In this document: positions 48,320 through 57,910 of the stretch, one piece after another
How the letters are laid out: the number at the start of each line of letters is the position of its first letter
Numbering within the stretch: position 1 is the stretch's first letter
Sequence record: PP355766.1
Length of the DNA stretch: 64,000 nt
Direction: 5' to 3' (one strand)
Position numbers and translations under genes: made by a program
The notes under the pieces: model-generated
Seen by the model: the letters and a program-made list of their open reading frames with translations, nothing else
Told to the model about the DNA's origin: nothing
Database searches by the model: none

Positions 48320-48536
48320 AGGTCGAGAAGTACAAGTTGGTGATATCGTTTTCTACGGAGAACGCACATACAATAAAGGTGGTCGCGGTTCTATGAAGTG
48401 TGGCCGTATTACTGATATTGCTTCAGGATTGGCTAAAGTAGATAACGACTACGTTGCAATGCGAAGCAAATCATTCGTTAAGGTTTCTCCTATGTTCGCA
48501 ACAATGTGGGAAAACGGAACGATTTTCGAGATTTAA
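48303..48536 (+). CDS. Small KOW/SH3-like hypothetical protein
   Basis: KDSKGREVQVGDIVFY. Confidence 0.6.
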   Translation: MMKDSKGREVQVGDIVFYGERTYNKGGRGSMKCGRITDIASGLAKVDNDYVAMRSKSFVKVSPMFATMWENGTIFEI

Positions 48537-48590
48537 TGCTACAAGAATAACCTGTTATTATTACTACATCAAAACAAACAAGGAAAAAGA

Positions 48591-48815
48591 ATGAAACGTA
48601 TCGCACTGATTGTTGACCAAGAAGCTATGTTCGCTGCTACCGGTAAATTTCATCCGGTGAGTAAATTTGTTGCTCGCAGCGAGAAAATCGTTGGTCTGGT
48701 AGAAACTGTCGCAGGTGATGTAATTGTTTCTATTAAAACATCTGAAATTTCTCCGGTGGTTAAAGTAGCAGTTAAAAATGACTTCTGGGAAGTAGCTGAT
48801 TTTATGTGTGAGTAA
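48591..48815 (+). CDS. Hypothetical protein
   Basis: AAGGA SD, 74 aa. Confidence 0.65.
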   Translation: MKRIALIVDQEAMFAATGKFHPVSKFVARSEKIVGLVETVAGDVIVSIKTSEISPVVKVAVKNDFWEVADFMCE

Positions 48816-48848
48816 TTCTGCCTAGCAGGTGGATAAGCCCGACAAGGC

Positions 48849-48868
48849 GCCCTCTTCGGAGGGCTTTT
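48849..48868 (+). terminator. Terminator
   Basis: GCCCTC-TTCG-GAGGGC-TTTT. Confidence 0.85.
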
Positions 48869-48893
48869 ATAAAAGTCGTAAGATTTCTATAAA

Positions 48894-48970
48894 GGCCCTG
48901 TAGCTCAATTGGTAGAGCGTTCCCCTCATAAGGGATTGGTTGCATGTTCGAGTCTTTGCCAGGGTCACCA
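48894..48970 (+). tRNA. tRNA with CAT anticodon, probably Ile2 (lysidine type)
   Basis: GGCCCTG acceptor (C4:G69, C5:G68), CCCC-TCATAA-GGGA like T4 tRNA-Ile; irregular T stem. Confidence 0.78.
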
Positions 48971-48974
48971 AATT

Positions 48975-49284
48975 TACTAGGCTCTGCTAGCCCAAAAACA
49001 ACCAAATTAAAGCCTGTTTCCCATATACCTGATAAGGACCCACGAGAATCAAGTAATACGTTCCACGAAGCACTGTTCTTATCAATCCAAGCGCCGCGAA
49101 CCTTAGGTCCTGTCGCAGGGTTGTTACCTGAAATAGTTATACTAGCATTCCAGACGTTTCTTCCGATCATACTAGACATCATAAATGGTGTTCCCAACCT
49201 TAATTTTGCTCCAGCTGCAATCATTGAAGATTCTCCTGTTACAGCTTTAGCTGAGCTTCCTACATTAGGACCTGTTACTGCCAT
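48975..49284 (-). CDS. gp38: gp38 adhesin-like protein, N-terminal fragment
   Basis: MAVTGP.VGSSA...LRLGTPF.MS resembles T2/S16-type gp38; follows chaperone-tipped gp37. Confidence 0.7.
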
Positions 49285-49321
49285 GATATCTCCTCAAAGA
49301 TGGGGCCGAAGCCCCATAACA

Positions 49322-50370
49322 TTATTTAGATTTAAGTTCTTCAATTTCTGCTTTAAGCTCTTTAACAGATTCGACTAATAACGCAATTACTGCATTATAG
49401 TTTAAACGAAGTAATGCATCTTTATCGTTATCAGTTGTAACTGCTTCAGGAAGAACTTCCTGCACTTCTTGTGCGATAAGGCCAGCTGATGGTTTAGTAT
49501 CACCATTTGGAAGCTGTAAATCATAAACATTACCAGATAGCTTCGACACTTTATCAAGAGCGTTATCAATCTTAGCAATATTTGATTTCACACGACGGTC
49601 AGAACGAATTTCAACGTCCCAGAAATTACCAACACCTTCAACGCGTAGATTAGCAGCACTACCCCAGATTTTTACCCCAGTATCTGTAAGTGCTAACCAC
49701 TGGTCAACTCCAGAGGCGTTATAGAAATGCCATCCAGCGCGAACATATTCACCCGACTGCCACGCGTTAAAGCTATCGAAAAACGTATCACCGCGCTGTA
49801 AACGTATTCCATTTACAGTGTTCCCAGTATCTGTGTTTCCTGGTGCTAAGTGGGCTAATTGCAGATATCCATCATTTCTGAATACAAGCTCTCGACCACT
49901 TTGGTTACGGATAATCATGTCGCCATTTTGGCCGTTAGACCAAATAACGCCTCTGGTGTTACCAGCTGAATCGCGGAACCAGTAGTTAGAGTTTGTACCA
50001 GCTGAACCGGCATCGCAGTAAACATTACCGTTTTTAGCAAAAAGACCACCAGCATTGGTTGTGTCAGCGGCGACTAAGTTTCCGCTAGAAACTTTAAGAC
50101 TGCTACTAACATCTAACCCGCCTCTTAGAGTACTTTTACCATCAACTTCTAACTGCCATGTTTTTAATCTGGTGCCAGTTACGTCAAGGTTACCAGTTAC
50201 AGTACCACCCGCTAACGGAAGATACGTGTCCCCAGCATTACTAATAGCAGAAGCAACCTTATCATCAACATATTTCTTGTTGGTGGCTTGGTTATTCTGC
50301 GTAGGAGCATCGGCAATTTGCACATACTTGGTAGTAGGAACAATAATACCGCCGTTGGCATTAATAACGC
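49322..50370 (-). CDS. gp37: Long tail fibre distal subunit, C-terminal fragment with S74 autochaperone
   Basis: SDRRVKSNI, AGLIAQEVQEVLPEAV, LNYNAVIALLVESVKEL. Confidence 0.88.
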
Positions 50371-51630
50371 TAAAATTACATGATGCAGGTTTTTTACAGA
50401 AATACCCGTAGAGAATACACCGTAACTTGCGACGATAATAATTCCCTTTCCGTTTTCTGCCATAGCCTTTAAAGCATTACGTGTTTCAGTATTAACTTCA
50501 CCTGATACGTAATAAACTTGCTCATGACCAGTAGCTTTAATCATCTCGAATAGCTCTTTACCATGAGCTACATGTTTAAACATCACAAAAGCGTTTTCAT
50601 CACGCGATGCTAGCTTAGCAGCTAGATTAGCAACCCAACGGTTTCTTTTCTTAACATTGGTGATGAATTTAATTTCTTCTTGATACGTTTTGCCTTTTAA
50701 AGCATTTGCTGCTGCATCCGGGTATCTTAAGAAGATTGTATTAATTTTAAGCTCAGTTACTTGTCCGTCTTCCATTAACTTAGAAGTTGATACCGGACGG
50801 AAGATTTCACCAAACATGCCAACATATTGCATGATATTAGCTTTGCCGTCTTTAAGAGAACCAGACAGTCCGTACTTAAACATGCAATTGGTGAGACCCG
50901 CAATGATTGTTGAAATTGACTTTCCTGTTGCAAGATGGCATTCATCATTCATCATCATGCCGAATTGAGAAAACCATTCTTTAGGCTGCTTAACAGCGGT
51001 CTGCCATGTAGATACATAAACTAATGCGTTGGAATCACGAGCAGTACCACCTCGAATACCCAGCATAGCATTGCGAGGAAATAAACGATAATCACAAAAA
51101 TCATCAATCATCTGGTCAACTAACGCTGTGGTAGGAACGATGATAAGAATTTTGCCTTCGTAATTTTCTACATAATAACGAGCAAGTAATGCCTGAATAA
51201 GAGACTTACCGGCAGACGTTGGAAGATTAAGAATTCTACGTCGATTAACTAGACCTTCATATACAGCATCTTTCTGATACCAGTGTGGCTCAATCTTAGT
51301 TAATCCTGAATAAATTTCTTTAGATGCTAACCACGTGTCAAAATCCTCCCGTGAAAGAGTTTCTTGCTCGAATATAGCTGGATCGAAATAAGCTTTATAT
51401 CCGAATTGGTCAGCGAATTTTCTAATTTGGCCAACAAGACCAAACGGTAAGAGACGATTATAATCTAGCAGACGAATTCGTCCATCCCAATGTCCATAAC
51501 GATATTTCGGGTTGAATCTGTATCCATCGGCTTCGAAGCTAAAATAGTCTCTGAGTTCATAGAAAATTGAGTCATCACACTCAATATGAACATGACTAAA
51601 ATCTTTAAATTTGACTTGGATGTCGTGCAC
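50370..51630 (-). CDS. uvsW: UvsW helicase, 3' truncated (GTG start)
   Basis: LPTSAGKS, DECH, GLSGS. Confidence 0.94.
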
Positions 51631-51646
51631 TGTACTATCCTCAGTT

Positions 51647-51668
51647 TATAAATACAATCATATTTATA
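51647..51668. promoter_or_regulatory. Divergent late promoters of inh and uvsW
   Basis: TATAAATA on + at 51647-51654 and on - at 51661-51668. Confidence 0.85.
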
Positions 51669-51688
51669 CATTACATGAGGCACACCCA

Positions 51689-51720
51689 ATGCTAGATAAA
51701 GACTATATTAAAGAAATTCA
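51689..51720 (+). CDS. inh: Prohead protease inhibitor, N-terminal stub
   Basis: MLDKDYIKE resembles T4 MIDKDYIAE; divergent from uvsW. Confidence 0.6.
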
Positions 51721-51838
51721 GATTATAGGTAACTTCTTGCTTCCAGAGGGCAAAGACCCGGGAGACCTAGATGCTGAAGAAGTCGACCAGCTCATCAGAA
51801 ACGTAGAAATCTTGATTGCCGAACATGTCAAGATTTGA
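51720..51838 (+). CDS. T5-like DNA primase, C-terminal fragment
   Basis: LPEGKDPGDL TOPRIM-terminal motif, upstream of T5-like pol. Confidence 0.7.
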
Positions 51839-51844
51839 TATAAT
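51816..51844 (+). promoter_or_regulatory. Sigma70-type promoter for T5-like pol
   Basis: TTGCCG-17 nt-TATAAT. Confidence 0.75.
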
Positions 51845-51905
51845 AATTGGGTAAGTTTGAGAAGAAACACTGACGTTTTACTTGCTTACCTAATAGGAGA
51901 AATCA

Positions 51906-53045
51906 ATGAAAATTGCAGTTGTAGACAAATCACCGAATAACGTCCGCTATCAGAAACACTTCGAACTCTTCGACCATGAGGTTGAGACCTTCTTCATGGC
52001 TAGTGAGAAAGTAACCGGGCGACTGCTCAAGAAACATATCACTATCGGAACACCGGAGAACCCGTTCAATCCGGAAGATTTTGATTACGTTATTCTGGTA
52101 GGTGCAGACCCGTTCTTGAAGTTTGCAGCTAAGAAAGGCATTTCCGATTACTCAGGTAAACGTGTTGAGCACGATGGGTACGCTAACTGGATTGCAAGTA
52201 TCAGTCCGGCCCAGCTCCACTTTAAGCCGGAAATGAAGCCTGTATTTGAAGCCACAGTAGAGAGCATTCATGCCATTCTCAATGGTCGTGAAAAACGCTC
52301 CAAGGCAGGTGATTACCGCCCGATTCAGTGCCCGGATGAAGCCGAAGCGTATGTGAAGATGGTGTATACCATGTGTCCTGGCATGATCGCATATGACTCC
52401 GAAACCAGTGCGCTGTACTGCCGAGATGGTTACATGCTGGGGATCTCAATCTCCCACCAAGAGTATCAGGGCGTGTATATTGATGCAGACGTCATCACAG
52501 AAAATACCGTCTATTACTTACAGAAGCTGTTCGATAGCCCGGAACATGGCGTTGTGTTCCATAACTTGAAGTTTGATATGCACTTCTACTGCTATCACTT
52601 AGGTCTATCCTTTGATAAGGCAGCAGAAGAGAAACGCCTCCACGATACCATGCTGATGCACTACGCCCTAGATGAACGACGTGGTACACACGGTTTGAAA
52701 TCTTTGGCGATGAAGTATACCGATATGGGGGACTACGATTTTGAACTCGACCAGTTCAAGGAGACGTATTGCAAGACGCATAAGATCAAGAAAGAGGATT
52801 TCTCGTATGATCTCATTCCGTTTGATATCATGTGGCCTTACGCAGCGAAGGATACCGATGCAACACTGCGTCTATCCAATTTCTTCCTGCCAAAAGTAGA
52901 AGCTAACCCTCGACTGAAGTCTCTGTATTACGATGTACTGATGCCGGGATGTGTATTCCTACAGCGTATGGAAGACCGTGGTGTACCGATCTCCAAAGAT
53001 CGTCTGAAAGAGGCTCAGGTTCAGTTAATGACTGCGCTACAGCTA
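51906..53045 (+). CDS. pol: T5-like DNA polymerase, N-terminal fragment (3'-5' exonuclease)
   Basis: MKIAVVDKSPNN, AYDSETS, FHNLKFD, YAAKDTDAT. Confidence 0.92.
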
Positions 53046-54329
53046 ATACAGCGGACTTAGGACAAATTAATATTCGCGCAAGAACTACTGGAGGCACTTC
53101 TTCTGGTGATTTTAGCTTCCGTTCTGACGGCCGACTTGATGTTCCTGTAGCAGTTAAAGTTGGTGGTGCAGCAATGCTAACCAAAGACGGGAATATTACA
53201 TCTGGCTCGATGTTTGGCGGTAACCTTAACAACTATTTGACTTCTATTAAAAATGATATCACCACTGGCGATAGTAAGCAAGTAAGCAAGACTGGTGATA
53301 CCATGACCGGTAACTTGACTATTAACGCTAACTTAAAAGTCGAAAATCCTAGTGGAACATTTGTTGATTTAGGTTCAGAGAACTCAGATAAGTACAGCAG
53401 ATTAACCCTTGCTCGTAAAGTTGGCGATGGCGCTGCTGTGGCAATGCTTAAAATTACTCCTGAAGGATATGTGCAATTTGGTTATCAAACTGCAGTTTCT
53501 ACTCCATCTCCTACTAAGTACATCCGAGTTAAACCTGATGGTCTTGATGTAGAAGGTGATTTAGTTTTTAATCAGACCTATCGCGGCACTGAAGAGGCAG
53601 TTGATATTTCTGATAAGACCATTGACCTTAACAGTCTTATCATTAAAAGAACCGACCCAGGTACTCGTCAACTGTATAAATGCATCTCTTCTGGTGGTGG
53701 TTCTAAGATAGCAAACAAACCCACATCTGATGGTAACTTTGTTCTCGAAGTTCTGTCTTTGCGTAAAGTTTCTGATACCGATTGGTCATGTAAGCAGACC
53801 TTTACTACAAAGAATAACACCACTGTTGGCACATATGTTCGCTATGCCCAAAATGGCTCATGGACTGCGTGGAAAGAGGTTGTTGCTGGTGTTCAACCGA
53901 TCAATTTAGGCGGTACTGGAGCAACTTCTGTAGCTGCTGCTCGTAATAATCTTGGTGTTGGTGAAGGACAAACTGTATCATTCGGTAATTTAGTTACCAA
54001 CGACTTAACTGCAAACGGAAACGCTAGATTGGTTGGAAGACTGAACCTTGGTTCTACTTCTGCGACTGGCGTATTACGAGCTAATGAAACTGGTGCGGTT
54101 GTCTTAGGTTCTGCTAGTGGTCAAAACATCCACATCAGAGCAGGAAGCCCCGATACTTCTACTGGTGAAACCCGCTTTGAGCCAAATGGAAACGTTTTAG
54201 TTGGTGGAGTTCTGACGTCTTCAGGAAGCTTGCAAGTAAATGGCGAAGCCACGATGAGCAGAAGCTTGATCGTTTCTCAAAACATAAAGAATACTAACGA
54301 TAATAGTTTTATTCTGATGGGAAAAGATT
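53046..54329 (+). CDS. gp37: Long tail fibre distal subunit, internal fragment
   Basis: VSKTGDTMTGNL, WTAWKE, NLGGTGATS..AARNNLG fibre motifs; T4-like codon usage. Confidence 0.72.
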
Positions 54330-55560
54330 CAGTTAAATTAAAAGATGCTCCAATAGATACTGACCCTTTAAGCCCGACATTTGGTGAAAAGGTATTTGAA
54401 AAGGAAGTATCTCATATAACAGGCAATCCTAAATCTGTATGCTTTAAAATGGATTCCGTTGGAGGCAAAATCTTTGCCCTTATTACCGGGGAAGTTAAAA
54501 CCTTAGGATTAGACCCAACAGACCCACAGAACGTTGTGGATTCTACAACTAAAGGCGTCTATGTTTACCAAGAAGGCACAAATACTTGGAAGCGCGTATT
54601 TGGTAATACCGATGAAGAAAAACGTCGTATAGAGCATTTATGGACTTCTATGTCAACTGACGGAAAGGAAATATTCTTTTCATCAGCAAATTTTAAGACA
54701 ACAGAGTACGCTCAGGATATTGAGCTTGAGACGAAATATCCAGAACTAATTTCTACCGCAGTTAAAAATGTTAACCCAATTCAGTATCACTCTGATAAGC
54801 ATTATCACATGATGAGTTTCCGAGCGGATGAATTTTCAAGATGGGAAACATTTGTTCCTGGACCGATGAGGTTTTATGCTGAGCCTTGGTTTGTCTGGAT
54901 GGCTCGTGAAGGTAACAGATGCTGGATAAGTACAGCTGACCATGCAGTTGTCATTTATAATGATATTCTTTATCAAAAAAGAGTAGATACAGCAGCACAG
55001 GGAACTACCGAGCGCATTCTTTCGGAAGTGTGGGATAAAGGCGACGCAACGTTTTATTGCCCTCCGGTTTCATTTAACGGATTTTTGCAGTATGCTTCTG
55101 GTATCATGTTTCACGAGCCAGATGGAAAGCTGATAGGTTATTATGCATTCGATTATCGTGTTCGTGACCAGGTAACGCTTAACTGGAAACCAACTGATGT
55201 AATGTTTAAGGCGTTTCTGCAGAACCAAACCCGTGAAGAAGATTGGACTCCTGAACATACTCCAGGCTTGCGTGACCCGGATTTACGTCCGTATCTTACT
55301 AAAATGATGCCGGATAGTTACTTGCTACAAGATAGTAATTTTGAGCACTTTTGTAAGTACTATCTCCAATTCCTTTCGGATGGAAATGGAACACATTACA
55401 ACAGTCTCGTTAATCTTGTTAAGAACAAATATCCTCGCGAAGAAAATGCATGGGAATATCTGTGGTCAGAAGTTTATAAACGCAACATTTATCTGAGTAA
55501 AGACGCTCGTGACGCTGTCGTCCGTTTCTTTGAAGCACGCAAGAATGATTTCTATGCTAC
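54330..55560 (+). CDS. gp7: Baseplate wedge gp7, internal fragment
   Basis: RVFGNT.EE.RRIE, DPDLRPYL, YYLQFLSDG, RDAVVRFFE. Confidence 0.9.
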
Positions 55561-55567
55561 AAGTATA

Positions 55568-55690
55568 GCGTCGTGGAGGTGTCACCTTGCAGGGTGATTA
55601 ACAACCGGAGGACTCCTCAGAACCTTGCCGGCAAGGGCTAACCTTCTCTTCTAACACGACGTCTTAATAGGAGAGCTGCAACTCTTCCTA
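55568..55690. ncRNA. Highly structured RNA with complementary hairpin loops
   Basis: GCGTCGTG/CACGACGT stem, TCACC/GGTGA hairpin with TTGCAG loop, palindrome CCTTGCCGGCAAGG, hairpin with CTGCAA loop. Confidence 0.65.
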
Positions 55691-55694
55691 AAAC

Positions 55695-55868
55695 TTACAT
55701 TACATCATATTCTTCAACTAGATATTCGGAATAAGAGTTATTTGCTTTTAGTTCGTCTTTATACTCTTCAGCTTCATGCTTAGTATGAAAAATTTTCCTA
55801 GGTAAAGAAAACTCGTCATATCCATATTCTAAATTCCAGTTAGTTTCTACTACAACATATACTTTCAT
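55695..55868 (-). CDS. Small acidic hypothetical protein (57 aa)
   Basis: GAGGA SD; MKVYVVVETNW...KIFHTKHEAEEY. Confidence 0.65.
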   Translation of the reverse strand: MKVYVVVETNWNLEYGYDEFSLPRKIFHTKHEAEEYKDELKANNSYSEYLVEEYDVM

Positions 55869-55886
55869 ATTTTCCTCATAAATTTT

Positions 55887-55965
55887 TGGTATGGGTAGGA
55901 ATCGAACCTACAAACCATTCAGCGCCAGGGCCTCACGCTCTACCTATTTGAGCTATCACATACCA
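55887..55965 (-). pseudogene. Degenerate tRNA / tRNA-like element
   Basis: Intact D arm (GCTC-AAATAGGTA-GAGC) and T arm (GTAGG-TTCGATT-CCTAC); irregular acceptor stem and 12-nt anticodon loop. Confidence 0.65.
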
Positions 55966-55970
55966 GAATT

Positions 55971-56046
55971 TGGTGCCGGTTGACGGAATCGAACCGCCGA
56001 CCTTCTCATTACAAGTGAGTTGCTCTACCTACTGAGCTAAACCGGC
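55971..56046 (-). tRNA. tRNA-Thr(TGT)
   Basis: Loop CT-TGT-AA, CCA end. Confidence 0.94.
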
Positions 56047-56570
56047 AATTTAAATCTAGTGCAGTTATTATTCAGGTCTTTAATAACTGGGAGAATGTCA
56101 TGAAAGAAAAACCACTCTCCACCTTCTAAATTATTTTTATATTTATCATGGAAATACTTTTCCAGCTTAATAGCTTCTTGAGAATATCTAAATGACAGTA
56201 TTTTATACGTTCTTCCGGGTGAGAATGTATTAGCGGTTGCTGCTCGCTGATCGGGCTCTATAGAACGACCGATCTTATATAAATTTGGATGACGAGTATC
56301 AACCATTATATAAATGAAGGCTTGATTGTAATTTTTGCTTATGTCAAAACAGTCTTTAAATTTTAGCAAGTTTAACGCGGCGGTACGACAGTACAAATTC
56401 CACAATGTTTTCTTTTTAGATAATTTTTTATTTTCAAATTCTTTAATATTGTGGAGTTTAAGCATTGCCACACTTTCAATTAGCTTAGTAGTTACATCAA
56501 AGTTTGTATGACTTATTAATCCAGAATCAATAGCTAATTTAATTTGATTCCAATCTATGTCATTTCTCAT
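56037..56570 (-). CDS. GIY-YIG superfamily (T5orf172-like) endonuclease inside tRNA cluster
   Basis: FIYIM...LYKIGRS...R...LE...H...GGEWF; AT-rich. Confidence 0.75.
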   Translation of the reverse strand: MRNDIDWNQIKLAIDSGLISHTNFDVTTKLIESVAMLKLHNIKEFENKKLSKKKTLWNLYCRTAALNLLKFKDCFDISKNYNQAFIYIMVDTRHPNLYKIGRSIEPDQRAATANTFSPGRTYKILSFRYSQEAIKLEKYFHDKYKNNLEGGEWFFFHDILPVIKDLNNNCTRFKLPV

Positions 56571-56589
56571 AATTTTATCCTCATAAATT

Positions 56590-56666
56590 TGGTACCCCTA
56601 CCAGGACTCGAACCCGGACTACCGACCTTAGAACGATCGTGTGCTAATCCATTACACTATAAGGGC
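56590..56666 (-). tRNA. tRNA-Arg(TCT)
   Basis: CGATC/GGTCG stem, loop GT-TCT-AA, CCA end. Confidence 0.88.
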
Positions 56667-56668
56667 TT

Positions 56669-56755
56669 TGGTGCGTCGAACGAGACTCGAACTCGTACGG
56701 GTTTAATCCCGGGAGATTTTAAGTCTCCTTTGTCTACCAATTCCAACATCGACGC
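56669..56755 (-). tRNA. tRNA-Leu(TAA)
   Basis: Loop CT-TAA-AA, long variable arm, CCA end. Confidence 0.93.
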
Positions 56756-56775
56756 AAATATCATGAGGAAGAACT

Positions 56776-56946
56776 ATGAGTTATGATATTGGCGATTTAA
56801 AAGCTCCACGCATGGTAACTATTTCAGCAGAAGAGCTTGAACGCTTGCAAGCAATTGAAGAACTGCTGTGGGAAATTGAATGTTCGCTTCCATCCGGTTT
56901 AGAAAGCTGGATTGATGATGAAGATTTACAGAAGCTGCGAGGTTAA
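56776..56946 (+). CDS. Small hypothetical protein (56 aa)
   Basis: GAGGA SD; VTISAEELERLQ. Confidence 0.6.
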   Translation: MSYDIGDLKAPRMVTISAEELERLQAIEELLWEIECSLPSGLESWIDDEDLQKLRG

Positions 56947-56947
56947 A

Positions 56948-57337
56948 ATGACTAACGCTGAATTAGTAAAAGAAATCAAGCATATCGCTGGCGTCACTGG
57001 TGGCTGGGACGACAACTACGATTTCGAATATCCGCCTAATGCACCAGACGATGATGCAGAAGAAATCTTTGTTTTAATAGAAGATGGAGATTGGACCCAA
57101 GAGCACAAGTATCAAGACCGCACTCAAATTTGGTATTATCCAGCGCGCGGCGTTCATTTCATGGTATCAGAATCTCGTTCAGGTTCATATCATACTGATT
57201 GGTATTATAGTCCTCCTGAAGTAGATATCGTTTCTCGCCATGAAAAAGTGGTTACTCGCACTGAAGTTGAATGGCGTATTGAACATGATTCTGCTAATGA
57301 TTCTGAACCAACACCATGCAAAGTAGCAAAGGTCTAA
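56948..57337 (+). CDS. Acidic hypothetical protein
   Basis: MTNAELVKEI; SRSGSYHTDWYY motif typical of phage accessory proteins. Confidence 0.65.
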   Translation: MTNAELVKEIKHIAGVTGGWDDNYDFEYPPNAPDDDAEEIFVLIEDGDWTQEHKYQDRTQIWYYPARGVHFMVSESRSGSYHTDWYYSPPEVDIVSRHEKVVTRTEVEWRIEHDSANDSEPTPCKVAKV

Positions 57338-57457
57338 AACCCTGGTATGCGGCTCGATGGGAAACTGTCGAGCCAGAGGAAGATGCTATTCCTGAAGAGG
57401 ATTATAATACCTCTGAACCCACTATAAACGAATTACTTGATTATGAGGACAAAGTGA

Positions 57458-57910
57458 ATGGGACTTATTGGTAAGCAGTTTGAAGTTATTGAGAATGATG
57501 ATGAACTGAGCGAACAATTTCCAGTGTTCATTCCGGGATTTAAGTTCCAAGTCATTTCTGTGGCCAATGAAGATGACCTTGAAATGTGTGGAATTACTGC
57601 TGTAATTGATTTGCTGACAAACAAAATCATTACTATTAACGACCCAACTCCACACGGCGAATCTTGGTTCTGGTGCTTCTACAGCGAAGATACTATGCAC
57701 CAAATTAAAGAAATTGGCCAAGGTGAAGATGTTCCTCTGATTTCTGAAATTAAACTTAATCATTTCCAAGGTGCAATCGTTCCAATTACCAGAGCTCTTT
57801 ATGCCTTTGCTGGGCAGGAAAATTGTGATTCAGAAGAGTATGATTTAATGCAAAAAGCTGCGGATTACATTGTCGCACTTGAACAACGTCTTGGAGTTCG
57901 CCATGTCTAA
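57458..57910 (+). CDS. Hypothetical protein
   Basis: 150 aa, preceded by middle-type promoter at about 57382-57408. Confidence 0.65.
   Translation: MGLIGKQFEVIENDDELSEQFPVFIPGFKFQVISVANEDDLEMCGITAVIDLLTNKIITINDPTPHGESWFWCFYSEDTMHQIKEIGQGEDVPLISEIKLNHFQGAIVPITRALYAFAGQENCDSEEYDLMQKAADYIVALEQRLGVRHV

Noticed and set aside
50212-51630. UvsW with a novel C-terminal tail
   Set aside because: After HHVILA the frame runs into the gp37 contig out of frame.
480-53045. Natural T4 x T5 recombinant genome
   Set aside because: Junctions cut genes at arbitrary points, show no shared recombination motif that I could find, and fragment sizes are length-sorted.
5908-53045. Split or intein-interrupted DNA polymerase
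   Set aside because: Both T5 pol pieces end at contig junctions; no intein or intron motifs seen.
52949-55597. 882 aa ORF that looks like a novel tail fibre-baseplate fusion
   Set aside because: Chance in-frame join of three contigs (off-frame T5 pol, gp37 fragment, gp7 fragment) at about 53045 and 54330.
56590-56666. Amber suppressor tRNA (TT-CTA-AG)
   Set aside because: Correct stem register CGATC/GGTCG gives loop GT-TCT-AA, i.e. Arg(UCU), similar to T4 tRNA-Arg; only G32 is unusual.
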